The notes under the pieces: model-generated | Seen by the model: the letters and a program-made list of their open reading frames with translations, nothing else | Told to the model about the DNA's origin: nothing | Database searches by the model: none | Source of the DNA: Octopus sinensis | Taxonomy: Eukaryota | Direction of reading: 5' to 3' | Assembly: GCF_006345805.1 (NCBI RefSeq) | Contig: NC_042998.1 | Coordinates: forward strand, 161,324,001 to 161,388,000 | DNA length: 64,000 nt | Shown: piece after piece, positions 38,726 through 50,950 of the stretch | Layout: the number at the start of each line of letters is the position of its first letter | How positions within the stretch are numbered: position 1 is the stretch's first letter | Translations under genes and position numbers: made by a program

Positions 38726-38954
38726 AGGTGTGTTTATATAACTATCTTTCTACCAATCCATCAATCTCTTTCTTTCTCTGTACATATATGTTTATGTATG
38801 TATGAGTAAGAGAACAATTCCTTTTATTATCCATTACATATATATATATATATATATATTTCTATGTATATATGTATATATATATATATGTATATAGTTA
38901 TGTAATATGTATGTATATATATATGTGTGTGTGTGTGTATGCGTGTGTGTATAT

Positions 38955-39185
38955 CACCCATGCTGCTATACTTGCCCTTACCTCTCCAACACCACCATCC
39001 TCACAGGCACCCATCATCATCCCTATCGCATTGCTGACTCCTTTACCTGCACTTCCACCAACGTCATTTACTGCATCTCCTGCTCTTTCTGCCCCTCCCT
39101 GTACATCAGACAAATAGAACACTGCTTGGCTGACCAGTTCACAGAGTACCTCTGAGACATCAGACTCAGCAGCAATGACACCCCG
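38955..39185 (+). pseudogene. GIY-YIG endonuclease fragment of a Penelope-like element
   Basis: CYTCPYL...YRIADSFTCTSTNVIYCISCSFCPSLYIRQIEHCLADQFTEYL*DIR; matches the CxxC ... FTC.S.NVIY.I.C..C...YIG.T...L..RF.EH pattern of PLE endonucleases. Confidence 0.85.
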
Positions 39186-39267
39186 GACAAGTGCCTTTCA
39201 TAATAGCCATTGAAAATGCATTGTAACTCTGAGTAATATTATGACAACTTACTGATTGTCCTAAACT

Positions 39268-39343
<76 letters not shown>

Positions 39344-39884
39344 CAGAAAAAGAGGGAAAGAGACAAATTTATAATTTCTAACATATGCACAATGCCACAA
39401 ATTTTGGCGATAGACACAGTCAATCAATTCAACCACAGTACTTCACTTCTCCTTTATTTTATCGACTGCAGAAGGATGAAAGATACATCTAATCCTACTG
39501 GGAACTGAACTCAGAAAATAAAAAGGCATAACTGCAAGCAGCAAATCATAATGGTTTATGGTCTACCAATTCTGTCATCTACAACTATTGTGACAATAAT
39601 AATTATAATGATTTATAATTAATAGCCACAAGCTAATTTTCTAAGGAGAAAGGATATGATCGTTTATTCTATTACTAGTTTCAGTCATTACATTGTGTGG
39701 CCATGCTGAAGCACTGACTATGAGCTGATTATGTTGACGGCAGTTGTGATTTCAGTCTCATGTTTTATTGATTTCTATATTAAATCTCTCAGTTATGGAG
39801 AATAAATGTGCACTACATGGAACAAAAGAAATTTACACACTCACACATGCTCACACTCACAGATTACATTTATACATACATACA

Positions 39885-40310
39885 TATATTCTTTTATTCT
39901 TTTACATGTTTCAGTCATTTGACTGTGGCCATGCTGGAGCACTGCCATTATTCAGACAAATCAACCCCAGGACTTATTCTTTGTAAGCCTAGTACTTATT
40001 CTATCGGTAATTTTTGCTGAAACGCTAAGTTACAGGGATGTAAACACACAATCATTGGTTGTCAAGTGATGTTTGGGGGTCAAGCACAGACACACAAACA
40101 TATACGCACATATACATATATATATATTATATATATATATATATATATATGACAGTCCTCTTTCAGTTTCCATGTACCAAATCCACTGACAAGGTTTTGG
40201 TCAGCCCGAGGCTATAGTAGAAGACACTTGCCCAAGGTGGCACACAGTGGGACTGAATCCAGAACTATGTGGTTGGTATGCAAGCTACTTACCACACAGC
40301 TACTCCTGTG
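39885..40310 (-). mobile_element. SINE family A
   Basis: Head-to-tail match on the minus strand. Confidence 0.9.
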
Positions 40311-40314
40311 CCTA

Positions 40315-40346
<32 letters not shown>

Positions 40347-40369
40347 CATACATACATATACATACACAT

Positions 40370-40825
40370 ACTCTTTTACTTGTTTCAATAATTTGGCAGT
40401 GGCCATGGTGGAGCACTGCCTTGAAAGGTTTTAGTCCAACAGATCAACCCCACAACCTATTTTTTATGCCTAGTATTTACTCTATCATTATGGAGGCATA
40501 AACACACCAACACTGGTTGTCAAGTGGTGAGGTGGGGAACAAGCACAGACACAAAGATATACATAGATATATGCATACATACATATATATATATAACATG
40601 CATACATATATACATACACACAGACACATACACACATACACACACGCACACACACATACATCTATATATATATATATGATGGGCTTCTTTCAGTTTCTGT
40701 TTACCAAATTCACTTACAAGGCTTTGGTTGGCCCAAGGCTATAGTAGAAGACACTTGCCCAATGTTTCACACAATGGGACTGACCCATATGGTTGAGGAG
40801 CAAGCTTCTTACCACACAGCCATAT
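40370..40825 (-). mobile_element. SINE family A
   Basis: Head-to-tail match on the minus strand, in tandem with the previous copy. Confidence 0.85.
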
Positions 40826-40868
40826 AGACATGTGTGTGTGTGTGTGTGTGTTTGCGTGTGTGTGTTTT

Positions 40869-40941
<73 letters not shown>

Positions 40942-41098
40942 GAGTGAATATTTCCTTTGCCTTGACATGCCACTGATTGTGGGAAGAAATCTCCTTATAA
41001 ACAGAGTCATTTGTTTACAATCCTCTGCAAAAGCATGTTCATGCTGTTCATTGTTCCATAGATATGGGAAAATATTACTTTGCTTGGAAAGAAGTTGA

Positions 41099-41378
41099 GA
41101 TTTGGCAACAGGAAACGCAACCAACCATAGGAAAATGTGTTTCAACAAAATTATATCAGATACATGCAAGCTTAAAAAGTGGAGACCAAACTAATGATGA
41201 TGACAACGACGATGACGACGACGACGACGATGATGATGATGATAATGATGATGATGATGAAGATGATGTTCATGACGATGACAATGATGATGATAAATTG
41301 ATAATCCAACACAGCAGTGCTGACTGAGGATGAATACCACCCAGATTCCTAAATCCTCTTTTAACTGCATGATACACG

Positions 41379-41409
<31 letters not shown>

Positions 41410-41605
41410 TTTATATTCCATCTTTTATGTGTTACAGTCATAAGACTGTGGCTATGCTGGGGCACCAACTTGAAGAATGTTTAGTCAAATAATTTGACCC
41501 CAGTACTTATATTTTTTAAGCTTGGTACTTATTCTATCAGTTCCTTTTGCTGAACTGCCAAGTTATGGAGATATTAACAAACAAAAAAGGCACACACACA
41601 CAAAC
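41099..41605 (+). repeat. Direct duplication, copy 2
   Basis: See 37860-38355; includes a (GAC/GAT)n tract, (TA)n and the 3' half of a SINE A. Confidence 0.92.
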
Positions 41606-41775
41606 ACACGCACACACATGATGGATTTCTCTCGGTTTCCATACACCAAATCTACTCACAAGGTTTTGGTCAGCCCAAGGCTATAGAAGACACTTGCTCA
41701 AGATGTCATGCAACTGGACTGAACCTAAGAACCATGTGGTTGGGATGCAAACTTCTTACCACACAGCCACCCTTG
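41405..41775 (-). mobile_element. SINE family A
   Basis: Complete here; only its 3' half is present in duplication copy 1. Confidence 0.85.
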
Positions 41776-41799
41776 TGCCAATATATATATATATATATA

Positions 41800-41995
41800 G
41801 GGAGAGTTCATGAAAAAAACAAAAGACGAAGACAGGTGGTGTACAAAACAAACAGGGTATATTAGTATAATGCTCAGGAATAGAAAAAGTATTTTATGTT
41901 TCGAGCCTACGCTCTTCTACAGAAAGGGACACAGGAAAAACAAGGAGAGAAACAAGGAGAGAAAAAAAATGTGTGTAGTGGCTAACGATCTATCA
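41800..41995 (-). mobile_element. Short Penelope-like element family P2 with variant hammerhead motif
   Basis: Minus strand ctttCTGTAGA-a-gagc gtag gctc-GAAA-cataaaa at 41891-41926; homologous to 54900-55020; next to (TA)n. Confidence 0.6.
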
Positions 41996-42042
41996 TGGCA
42001 TCTGACTTGGACAGAAGGGTCACACACGAGATACATATATAT

Positions 42043-42110
<68 letters not shown>

Positions 42111-42149
42111 ATAGATAGATAAATACATATAATATATATGTATATATGA

Positions 42150-42720
42150 ATTGAATTGAACTAATTTCAGCTCACGAGCTGTGGCCATGCTGGGGCACTG
42201 CCATTTGGTGTTGCTACATAATTTTTACTACACTAATTCTTTTTAGAACTTAACATTTGGTGTATGAAGGAGTTTGGCAATGCTGCCCTCATTTACACTT
42301 CCTGCTGTGAAGTTGGTTCATCTGGGACTCTTGGCAGTAAGAGATCTAGTATTGGTTTGAAGACATCTACATCCATGCCATGTAGGGCTCTCAGATCCTT
42401 TGGGAGGATATTGAAGAGCTGTGGGCCTTTAAAGCTCTTATAGGACAATATCTTGTCCTATATTTTGATGGAAAATTTGGAGTCTTTGGCACTATGCAGT
42501 GGTAGCCTATTCTAGCATTAGTGTAACTCAATGCCAATGTTTGGGACAAGTCACCCAAGGATTTTCCAGATGCATATTATGGAATATCTTTCCTGCCTAT
42601 GCTCCACAGAATAGAGTCTCAATCTCTCGAGTCTTTCCCAGTAGCTTATATGCTGCATAAGTTTATCTTTCTCATGTAACTTTGTTGGATTAACTCAAGT
42701 TCTGCAATTGGTCTTGCTAG
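42150..42720 (-). mobile_element. CR1/L2-type LINE 3' end, decayed
   Basis: Minus strand SYWERLERLRLYSVEHRQERYSIICIWKILG.LVPN...FKGPQLFNILPKDLRALHGMDVDVFK..LDLLL..VPDEPT, then tail ggcagtgccccagcatggccacagctcgtgagctgaaa. Confidence 0.85.
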
Positions 42721-42734
42721 GAATCACATGTTTA

Positions 42735-42881
42735 TATCTTATATATATTATATAATACATATATGTAATATGTATTATATAATACACATGTATAATATAT
42801 GTATTGTATACAACATATATATGATAAATATATATTAAAAGATACATATATATATAATAGACATATAAATAATATATATGC

Positions 42882-42924
<43 letters not shown>

Positions 42925-42960
42925 AATACACACACATGCACATACATGCTCACATATACT
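42735..42960. repeat. Degenerate (TA)n low-complexity tract
   Basis: Directly visible. Confidence 0.9.
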
Positions 42961-43577
42961 TACAAACACTATAAAGTTGTTAATTAATTAATGTATTAAT
43001 TCTTTGATGTTTTACAGATTGTCATGTCTAGTACACTAAATACTTTCCCATACATATTTGCATATATTTACAGACACAAATATTCATCACATGCTTATAC
43101 ACACTAATAAATTTGATGCATACATACACACATATATATGTATTTAAATCATTCTCTTTTTGTCTCACTTCAATGTCATTTAATCAATATTTTGTGTCAG
43201 CATCCTTTGAAAAGTAGTTGATAGCAATGATGGTTAGAAAGCAGAGATGACAGCATGCACCTGTGTTGCAGGTTTGTGTATACATCCATCCAAACATACA
43301 TAAGTATATGCATGCATACATAGATACATACACACATACAAAAATAGATAAACGTATATATATATATATATATGTGCACACAAAACATACACATATCTAC
43401 TTACACATGTACATTTAGTTACATTTAATGTGCAATGTATTCAGCAGATGGCACTGCAGGTCTGTTGTCACCCGAATTGATCGACAGTTTTCTCATCTAA
43501 GTATTTGTTTAAAGGAGCAACATGCAGTCGTTTTTACATAACGCCGGCAACGTCTTTAATGGTGATTACCTGATTAC

Positions 43578-43630
43578 CTGCAATTTTATTTCTTGACATG
43601 TCAGACATCCTGACATCAATTTATTAAAGA
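43578..43630 (-). CDS. Candidate 53-nt exon (FNKLMSGCLTCQEIKLQ)
   Basis: Acceptor ctcctcccccttctccag, donor CAG|gtaatc, one of three frames open; overlaps a CpG-retaining segment that could instead be regulatory. Confidence 0.2.
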
Positions 43631-46197
43631 CTGGAGAAGGGGGAGGAGCAGGAGGTGGTGGAAGAGGATATATCAGGTGAGTGTTGGTGGTGGTGATGGT
43701 AAAGATGAACAAGAAATGACTAGACAGATGAGGTGACAGGAGATTGAGAATTACGAAGTGTATTAGGTGTCAAGCAGTCAAGAGCACTGGAGACAATTAC
43801 AGCATTCAGGATAATGATAATTAAAGAGAGGAAGACAAAACACAGTAAGCAATGATGGTGATGATAATAAAGGTGGGATAAATAACTGTAATGAGAAAGC
43901 ACAGGGAAGGCATGAGAGTAGTATGGAGGATAAAGAAGAAGAGGAATGACAGTAACATTAATGTTGATGACTTTGAAAGAGATCTCTTTCTTCTTCCTCC
44001 TCTTACCCATCCCCGTCTCTCACTTGGCCAGAAGATCAGTGCTAGTACTAGGTTTAATTTATTAACTCTCTTATCTACCAGATTATAAGTTGATAAATAT
44101 TTGTGTGGTGTAAGATTTATGGTAGGTTATATGAAGGTGGTAAATGGTGATAATCCATTGATGATCCAAGAATTTTCTGGGTAAGAACAACTAATAAAAC
44201 ATTTATATTGGTGTTATCTTATATTTGCTGTCTTATCCTTTACAATGCCGAATTGAATTTGATTTTTGTAATTAAAAATAAGAAAGAAAAAACACAATAA
44301 TTAAAAAAATTTATTTTGGTTGTTTTACATTAATTTTTTTATCATATTTATGTGCCTTGTCACAAATTTCCAACAGTAACATTTCATCCCATGATCATGT
44401 GATTAGAAATCCAACACTTTAGTGTCATATTGTTTCTTGGCTTTGTCTTTAAATATTTCTCTACAGAGAAGGTCCATCAATAATATAGGTCATTCCTATC
44501 TTGTGCTCTGTAACTCTCTGAGTACATATCCACCTGAGTTAGTGTACAAAACTGATAAATATGTAAAGTTTGTTGTCTGTGAAATTGATTCGCAAACAAT
44601 GGTTAATTGGCCTAAAACCTTCTACAAACACTGCTGAGCTCTAAGATGTGTCACATTATTCTATATAATTCTCTCTACCTTGTTGGAAAATAGTTTGAAT
44701 CATTGCCATTTGTGTAACATAAATTTATCTATTATGCAGACATAGATTGTTCAGGTTTTATATATCATTTATCAAAATATTGATTCTATATAATCCGAGA
44801 ATGTTTCAGAGTGTTTTATCTGATTTCAATTTTTTTAAATTTGATTCTGTCTCAGGTAGCCATAAATGATGACAAATCAAACTTCTTCATCTCACTTTGA
44901 TAATTTGATGATTCTCTTTAATATATAGGATGACACCTTTGATGCTCAATGGTGTTAGAAGTATATTTGATAATATATGAGAACCTACTACTTCAACAAA
45001 TAATCTGCTGTCATACTATTGTTATTCTGGGTATTAAATTTGGAGGAAAAAACATTCAAGACTTATTATATCTAGGAAAGTCATATATGACTTTAACATG
45101 AAAATAATTCAAATTTAATGCCATCACGCACACATATAAATTGAAATGAGATAGGATAGGAGGTAGTGGATTGTTGACTTAGAGATCATGTTTGCCAGTT
45201 TACTTGTAGTGTTTTATTGTATTTCTAGACAGAATATTTAAAGTAGATTTATTTCTCATGTACTTATTATGATAAAAACTGCAGTTGAGTACTGCTGTAA
45301 TATGAAGTTTAATGATTCAGGAAAATATTTACTGCAAATGTAGTTTAGTTAACTTAACTTCGATGTTATTTTGCATTTGGGATTTCACAATAACGAGAGC
45401 TACAAATATTCAAATTTATAGAGTGTTGACTATTTTGAGACACATGGTGCTTTGGTATGTGTATTCAAAATGACCAAAAAAATATGCATTGAAAAACGAT
45501 CTCTGATTGGCCATTATACTTCAAAACCAACCATTCACAACATTTGTTTCATTAGACCAATGGATCAGCCTCAAAGTCCTTTCAGCTTGCATCACTTGGG
45601 CTGATCAGTTCAGGTGTCCCAAGAGGGTTAAAAGAACCAGCTAATTGTTACCTGCCAATGTCCATGACTGAGATATTTTTTACTCACTACATTTATACAT
45701 AAATAAGTACTCTTAGATAGGTATGTATAGCTTACCATTTTAAATATAAAAAGCACTATAAAATTAATGAGTATTAATGAGGTAGCTTAAAGTGCAAGGT
45801 TTAATTCATTCAATTAACATGGAGGTATAAGGGTATCAAATTTCATTTATCCTGTCCAGAAACTCTGTATATTTTATTTTCAGGTTCAAACCTCAGTTTC
45901 CTGCCACTAAATTAAAAGGACTATTATATTTATCCCAGTATCAAGCAAGAAAAAAACCCAAACAATTAATTTCAAGTCTTTTAAGTAATTTTGTTACAGT
46001 ATCTTCTAGGATTGATTTCAGTTCTTAGCATTCTGAATTCAAATGCCACCAAGGTTAACTTAAATATTTGTGGGGTAATATAAAATGTACTGGTCTAGGA
46101 TGGGGGTCTGGCAGAATTGTTAGAATGCTGGATGGATTACCATGTGACATCTATACCAGTTCTTTGTGTTTTGTATTCAAAACTTGCTATAACCTAC

Positions 46198-46357
46198 CTG
46201 GGTTTTAGACTAAATCTATCATCTGGTTTCTGGGTGCCTTTAGTAGAGTTACCTCTATGGCTAGCATTTAGTTCAGGTCTTTGGTTGGTAAAATCTTTCT
46301 CAATTTCTAGCATTAGGCTTGAAGGCCCTACAAAATGTGATAGGCACCACTGCCCTT
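46198..46357 (-). CDS. Best candidate internal exon of an unidentified gene (GQWCLSHFVGPSSLMLEIEKDFTNQRPELNASHRGNSTKGTQKPDDRFSLKP)
   Basis: Long T-rich tract then ...ttattaatgttag acceptor, donor CCAG|gtaggt, 160 nt, only one frame open, balanced composition in non-repeat DNA. Confidence 0.35.
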
Positions 46358-46819
46358 CTAACATTAATAAGCAATCAAAAAAAAACAAACAAAGAAAAAA
46401 CACCAGGTTATGTATTAGTTATGATAATCTCACAATTCCATAAATATTGGCAAGGGTTAGGAATATGGACATTCTTTTCTACATTAGAATTAAAAAGTAA
46501 AAAAGATAAGATATCATCACATGTTATTGCTGGAATTTTACATAGCAACATATTTCAATTACAATTTTATTTGAAACAAGACTGTGATAATGAAATATGA
46601 TGAAATATCTGTAATGCATGTTTTACAGGACTTTGTTCAATTTCAAAGGTTCAGATTATGATCAAAAGCTCTTCAATTTTCTATTTAGTCCTTTGTATAA
46701 AATAGCTATTTTAGCAGGATCTCAAATTTTAGCAGCCTGTCTTCACCTTCTCAATCGTGATATAGCTTTTGTCTGATTTCCTTGGTTTCAACACAATTTT
46801 CTGTTTCTCTATCTCTTTC

Positions 46820-47000
46820 TTCTTTCATATATATATATATACACACACACATACATATATATGTATATGAAATATATATATAAAGATATGTATTTGTGTG
46901 TATATATATACATACATATATGTACACTTGTGCATATATGTGTGTGTGTATGTGTGTACGTATGTATGTATATATATATACATATATATATTATATATAT

Positions 47001-47044
<44 letters not shown>

Positions 47045-47363
47045 TATATATAAATGTGTGTCAAAATGTGTATGTGTATGTTAGTTATATTAATATAGCT
47101 ATGCATATATTCCTGTCCTGCAGTGCAATAATACAAGTATATATTTATATTTAATCTGTGTATGAGAATATGTATGCATGTGTATGGTTGCACCAACTAT
47201 ACACACACATATATATGCATTTGTGTGTGTATATGTATATATATATGTATATATATATATATGATATATGTGATATGTGTATATATGCATGCATATCTGT
47301 GTATATATATGTATATATATATATATATGTATGCATTTACTTATGTATGTATAGTATGTATTG

Positions 47364-47410
<47 letters not shown>
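46820..47410. repeat. Compound (TA)n/(TG)n/(CA)n microsatellite
   Basis: Directly visible. Confidence 0.95.
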
Positions 47411-47411
<1 letters not shown>

Positions 47412-48822
47412 TTGATTTTTATGTGACTATCTCAGTGTGAATACTATGTGTATTTTTATGAGAAGCTAAAAAAACTGATGAACTTTGTATATATATTATC
47501 TGCTTTTTACTGTAATAATTGATTGATAAGAAACTACATAACTTACCATGTCTTCTGTACTACAATCTAATTATACATTAAAACGTGTCGTTTCATATTT
47601 TTGTGCTCTTATTTCATTTCCATGAAGAAAAACAAAAGGTACAAAACACAAAAATCACACAGAAGCATATTTAAAATTTATAAGAAAGAAAATGCAAAGG
47701 TAAAAAATTAAATTAAAAAGAACAATAAAGACAGAAACAAAAAATTAAAAAGACAAAAAAAAATACTCACAGAGCCATATTTGAAAGGGAGAATAGAAGT
47801 AAAAATGTGTATGTATGTGTATGTGTAAATATAAGAATGTAATTTAGATTAGCTAAAATTTTTAGTTTCTTAAAAGTACTGCTGCATTTATTTTATCTCA
47901 TATCTACTGACAAAAATAGAAACCATTCACTATTAGAGTTAAATGAATGATTTTCTTAATTTATATGTATATATATCTATTTTTAAAAATTTCTCTTCTT
48001 TCTTTTTGAGAATTCCTACTTCAGTACCAGTCCATTTATAACAGTTATGGGACATTTAATATAGCTTATAATTTTTGTGTAGCAAAGAATTAAAGTTTTT
48101 TGGTACTCTGACAAATGAGTGAATATATCTGGAATATTCTTTGGCATTCATTCTGGGATTTTTTTTTACATTCTCAAAGAAACATTATACACTAACATAT
48201 TTCATTTTAATTATAACTGTCTGTTTTCTGCAGTGTCATCACTTCAAAAATATTTCCTCAAAATGTTTCTTATTTTTGGTGATGATTTGCATGCTAGTTT
48301 CCTTTCCTTTTCTGTTTTTTTTAATTTTGTTCTCTGTGTCAACTTTTCATTGTTTGACTGGTTGTCCAGATGTGACCTTCCTGTCTTCTCCTTTGTACAA
48401 TGTATCTAAGAATGTATTACATAATTCATCTTCCCCAATTTTTTTGCTAAACAGGCACTGGCATGGCTGTGTGGTAAGAAGTTTGCTTCTCAACCAAATG
48501 GTTTCAGGTTCAGTTCCACTGCGTGATACCATGGGCAAGTGTCATCTGCCAAAGCCTTGGGGTCAAGCAAAACCTTGTAATTTGTTCAGCTCAGGAAAAT
48601 TTGTCAACACTTAGCACTAGCAGGATAAGTTATTCTACAATTTATAATATATAATTTGAGATGGAATGGCAAACACTTCATAGTGCATTCAACAGTTCAC
48701 TCATGCAAAAAGCAATAGATACAGGGTTATGAAATTGAACTGTAAACTCAACAGCATAAACAGAGCTTAGAAGAATTTTATTTGGGAGTGTGAAGTTTGG
48801 ACTCCTTTCATTTAATAGTAAC

Positions 48823-48913
48823 CTTTGATATATGTAAATATTTTCCAGAGACCCCAGGAAATTCATCTCCAATCTCAGTACAATGTAACCCTTGCACTTC
48901 CTTTTTATAAGTT
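48823..48913 (-). CDS. Candidate exon (TYKKEVQGLHCTEIGDEFPGVSGKYLHISK or the alternative open frame)
   Basis: Strong acceptor cattttgttcttacactcag; donor AAG|gttact is weak; phase does not join directly to 46198-46357. Confidence 0.15.
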
Positions 48914-48952
48914 CTGAGTGTAAGAACAAAATGCTTCTGACTAAAATATTGA

Positions 48953-49165
48953 TTTCAAATTTTGGCACAAGGTCAGCAATTCCAGGGTAGGTGTCGACTC
49001 CCCAATGCTCAACTGCTCAACTTGTACTCTATTTTATTAACCCTGAAAGGCTGAAAGGTAAAGTTGACCTCTGTAGAATTTGAATTTAGAACCTAAGAAT
49101 GGATAAAACGCTCCTAAGCCTTTTGCCCAATGGCCTTACAATTCTGCCAGCTCGCCATCTTTCTT
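48953..49165 (-). mobile_element. SINE family C with 15-bp TSD
   Basis: tgactaaaatattga at 48938-48952 and 49166-49180. Confidence 0.9.
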
Positions 49166-49674
49166 TGACTAAAATATTGAAAGATGGCAAGATTGGTTCC
49201 ATAGATTATGAAGACAAGTTAAGTGTATAAGTTTGTTGATTATAATTTTATGAACACTATCCACTGGTATTTATAGATTTTGTTCTAATTGTTTATAGCA
49301 TATTTCTTATTTAGAATAAGGAATCTCTTTAATTGAAGATTAATAGATTAATAATATCTAGATCTTTTTATATTATTAAATTAAGACTTGATTAACAGAG
49401 ATGTTGCTTGAAATAGAAGAGTGACTAAATTGTTTTGATATGAAACTTAATCTATATCACATATTTAAGCTGCCTGAAATTTACAGTTTCTATTAATTAG
49501 CTTTTCATATTGAGTAAAATTATAAAAATCAGTGTTTTTGTACAATTGGTCTTTTTCATAAAATTCTAAATAAGAGTTAATTCTTCATTGATCTAATTCA
49601 TAAGAAGTAGGATTCATGACGATATAGCTGTGACATAAAGAGGGAAGGTATATTAAATAGTGTAATCCTAGATG

Positions 49675-49960
49675 TGAAGGCACATGGTTTAGTAGTTAAA
49701 GTATTCAGCTCATAATTGTAAGTTCGTGAGTTCAATTCCTGGTGATGCGTTGTGTCCTTGAGCAAGATACTTCCTTTCACATTGCTCCAGTTCACGAAAC
49801 TGACAAAAAGGAGTTGTACCTGTAATTTTAAGGGCCAGCTTTATAACATTCTGTGTCTTACTGAATCTCCTGTGAAATACATTAAGAGTGCATTGTGTAT
49901 GTTTGTGTGTGGGTGTGGAGTGCTCAGTCACTTGCACATTAATAATAAAGAGAATAAATA
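49675..49960 (+). mobile_element. SINE family B
   Basis: gaaggcacatggtttagtagttaaag...gtgagttcaattcctgg...ccttgagcaagatac...ttgctccagttcac. Confidence 0.8.
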
Positions 49961-49967
49961 AATAATA

Positions 49968-50216
49968 AATACGCCCTTTTAAAGCCTAACCAGGCTCATG
50001 GTCCCGGTTTCCCGGTTTCAATGGCGTATGTATTCCCCAGCTGGACGGAACACCAGTCCATTGCAGTGCTACTCATTTTTGCCAGCTGAGTGGACTGGAG
50101 CAATATGAAATGAAGTGTTTTGCTCAAGAACACAACGCATCACCCAGTTCAGGAAATGAAACCACAATCTTATGATCATGATGCTGACACCCTAACCACT
50201 AAGCCACATGCCTCCA
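49968..50216 (-). mobile_element. SINE family B, inverted relative to the neighbouring copy
   Basis: Minus strand ggaggcatgtggcttagtggttagggtgtc...ttcttgagcaaaacac...ctccagtccactcagctgg. Confidence 0.85.
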
Positions 50217-50222
50217 CAATAA

Positions 50223-50524
50223 GGGGAATAGAGATTTATATATCCAGTTTTATTCTACTGTTAATCACATCTTTCCATTTCTGCATTTACAAATGTTTCT
50301 GCTGCAATTTTGTGCACACTGCAAAATTTTGCTTCTTGCTGTGCATTTTTGTGTTACTGCTGCTTCTTCAGGGTGCCTGAAGAAGCAGCAATTAACACCA
50401 AAATGCACATCAAGAAGCAAAATTTTGCAGTGTGCACAAAATTGCTGCAGAAACATTTAGGTGCAGAAATGGAAAGACGTGATTAACAACAGAATAAAAC
50501 TGGATATATAAATCTCTATTCTCC
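50223..50524. repeat. Near-perfect 302-bp palindrome (3-nt loop)
   Basis: Arms 50223-50372 and 50376-50524, loop gtg; about 12 differences in 150 nt by manual alignment. Confidence 0.97.
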
Positions 50525-50950
50525 ACATTAATTTATCATTTCTTCTCTACAAACAACATGCAGTCTCTATAGAGATATATGGATTTACTGATGTGAAGAT
50601 CTACTGTGAATAGTAAAACAAACTAAGGAGTTTTTCTATACTAACGTAGGTTAGCCAGCATTATCAACAGGTAAAAGCTAATATGGTACCTGCCAGGATT
50701 GTATATCCTTACCAACCTGATTTGGAAGCTTACCTTTAATGGCACTCGTGTATATATCTATATGTATACACATGTATACGCACACACACACACATACATA
50801 TTTGTATATATGCAGATATCTGCATTGGATAAACTCATAAAATATTTTAATGTTTAATTTACAAAGCAAAATTTATGATCATCTTTTTTCTCTAAGGATC
50901 TCAGCAAATTGTGAGATGTTCTTCAACTTGAGTTTATGTAATTCAACTTT

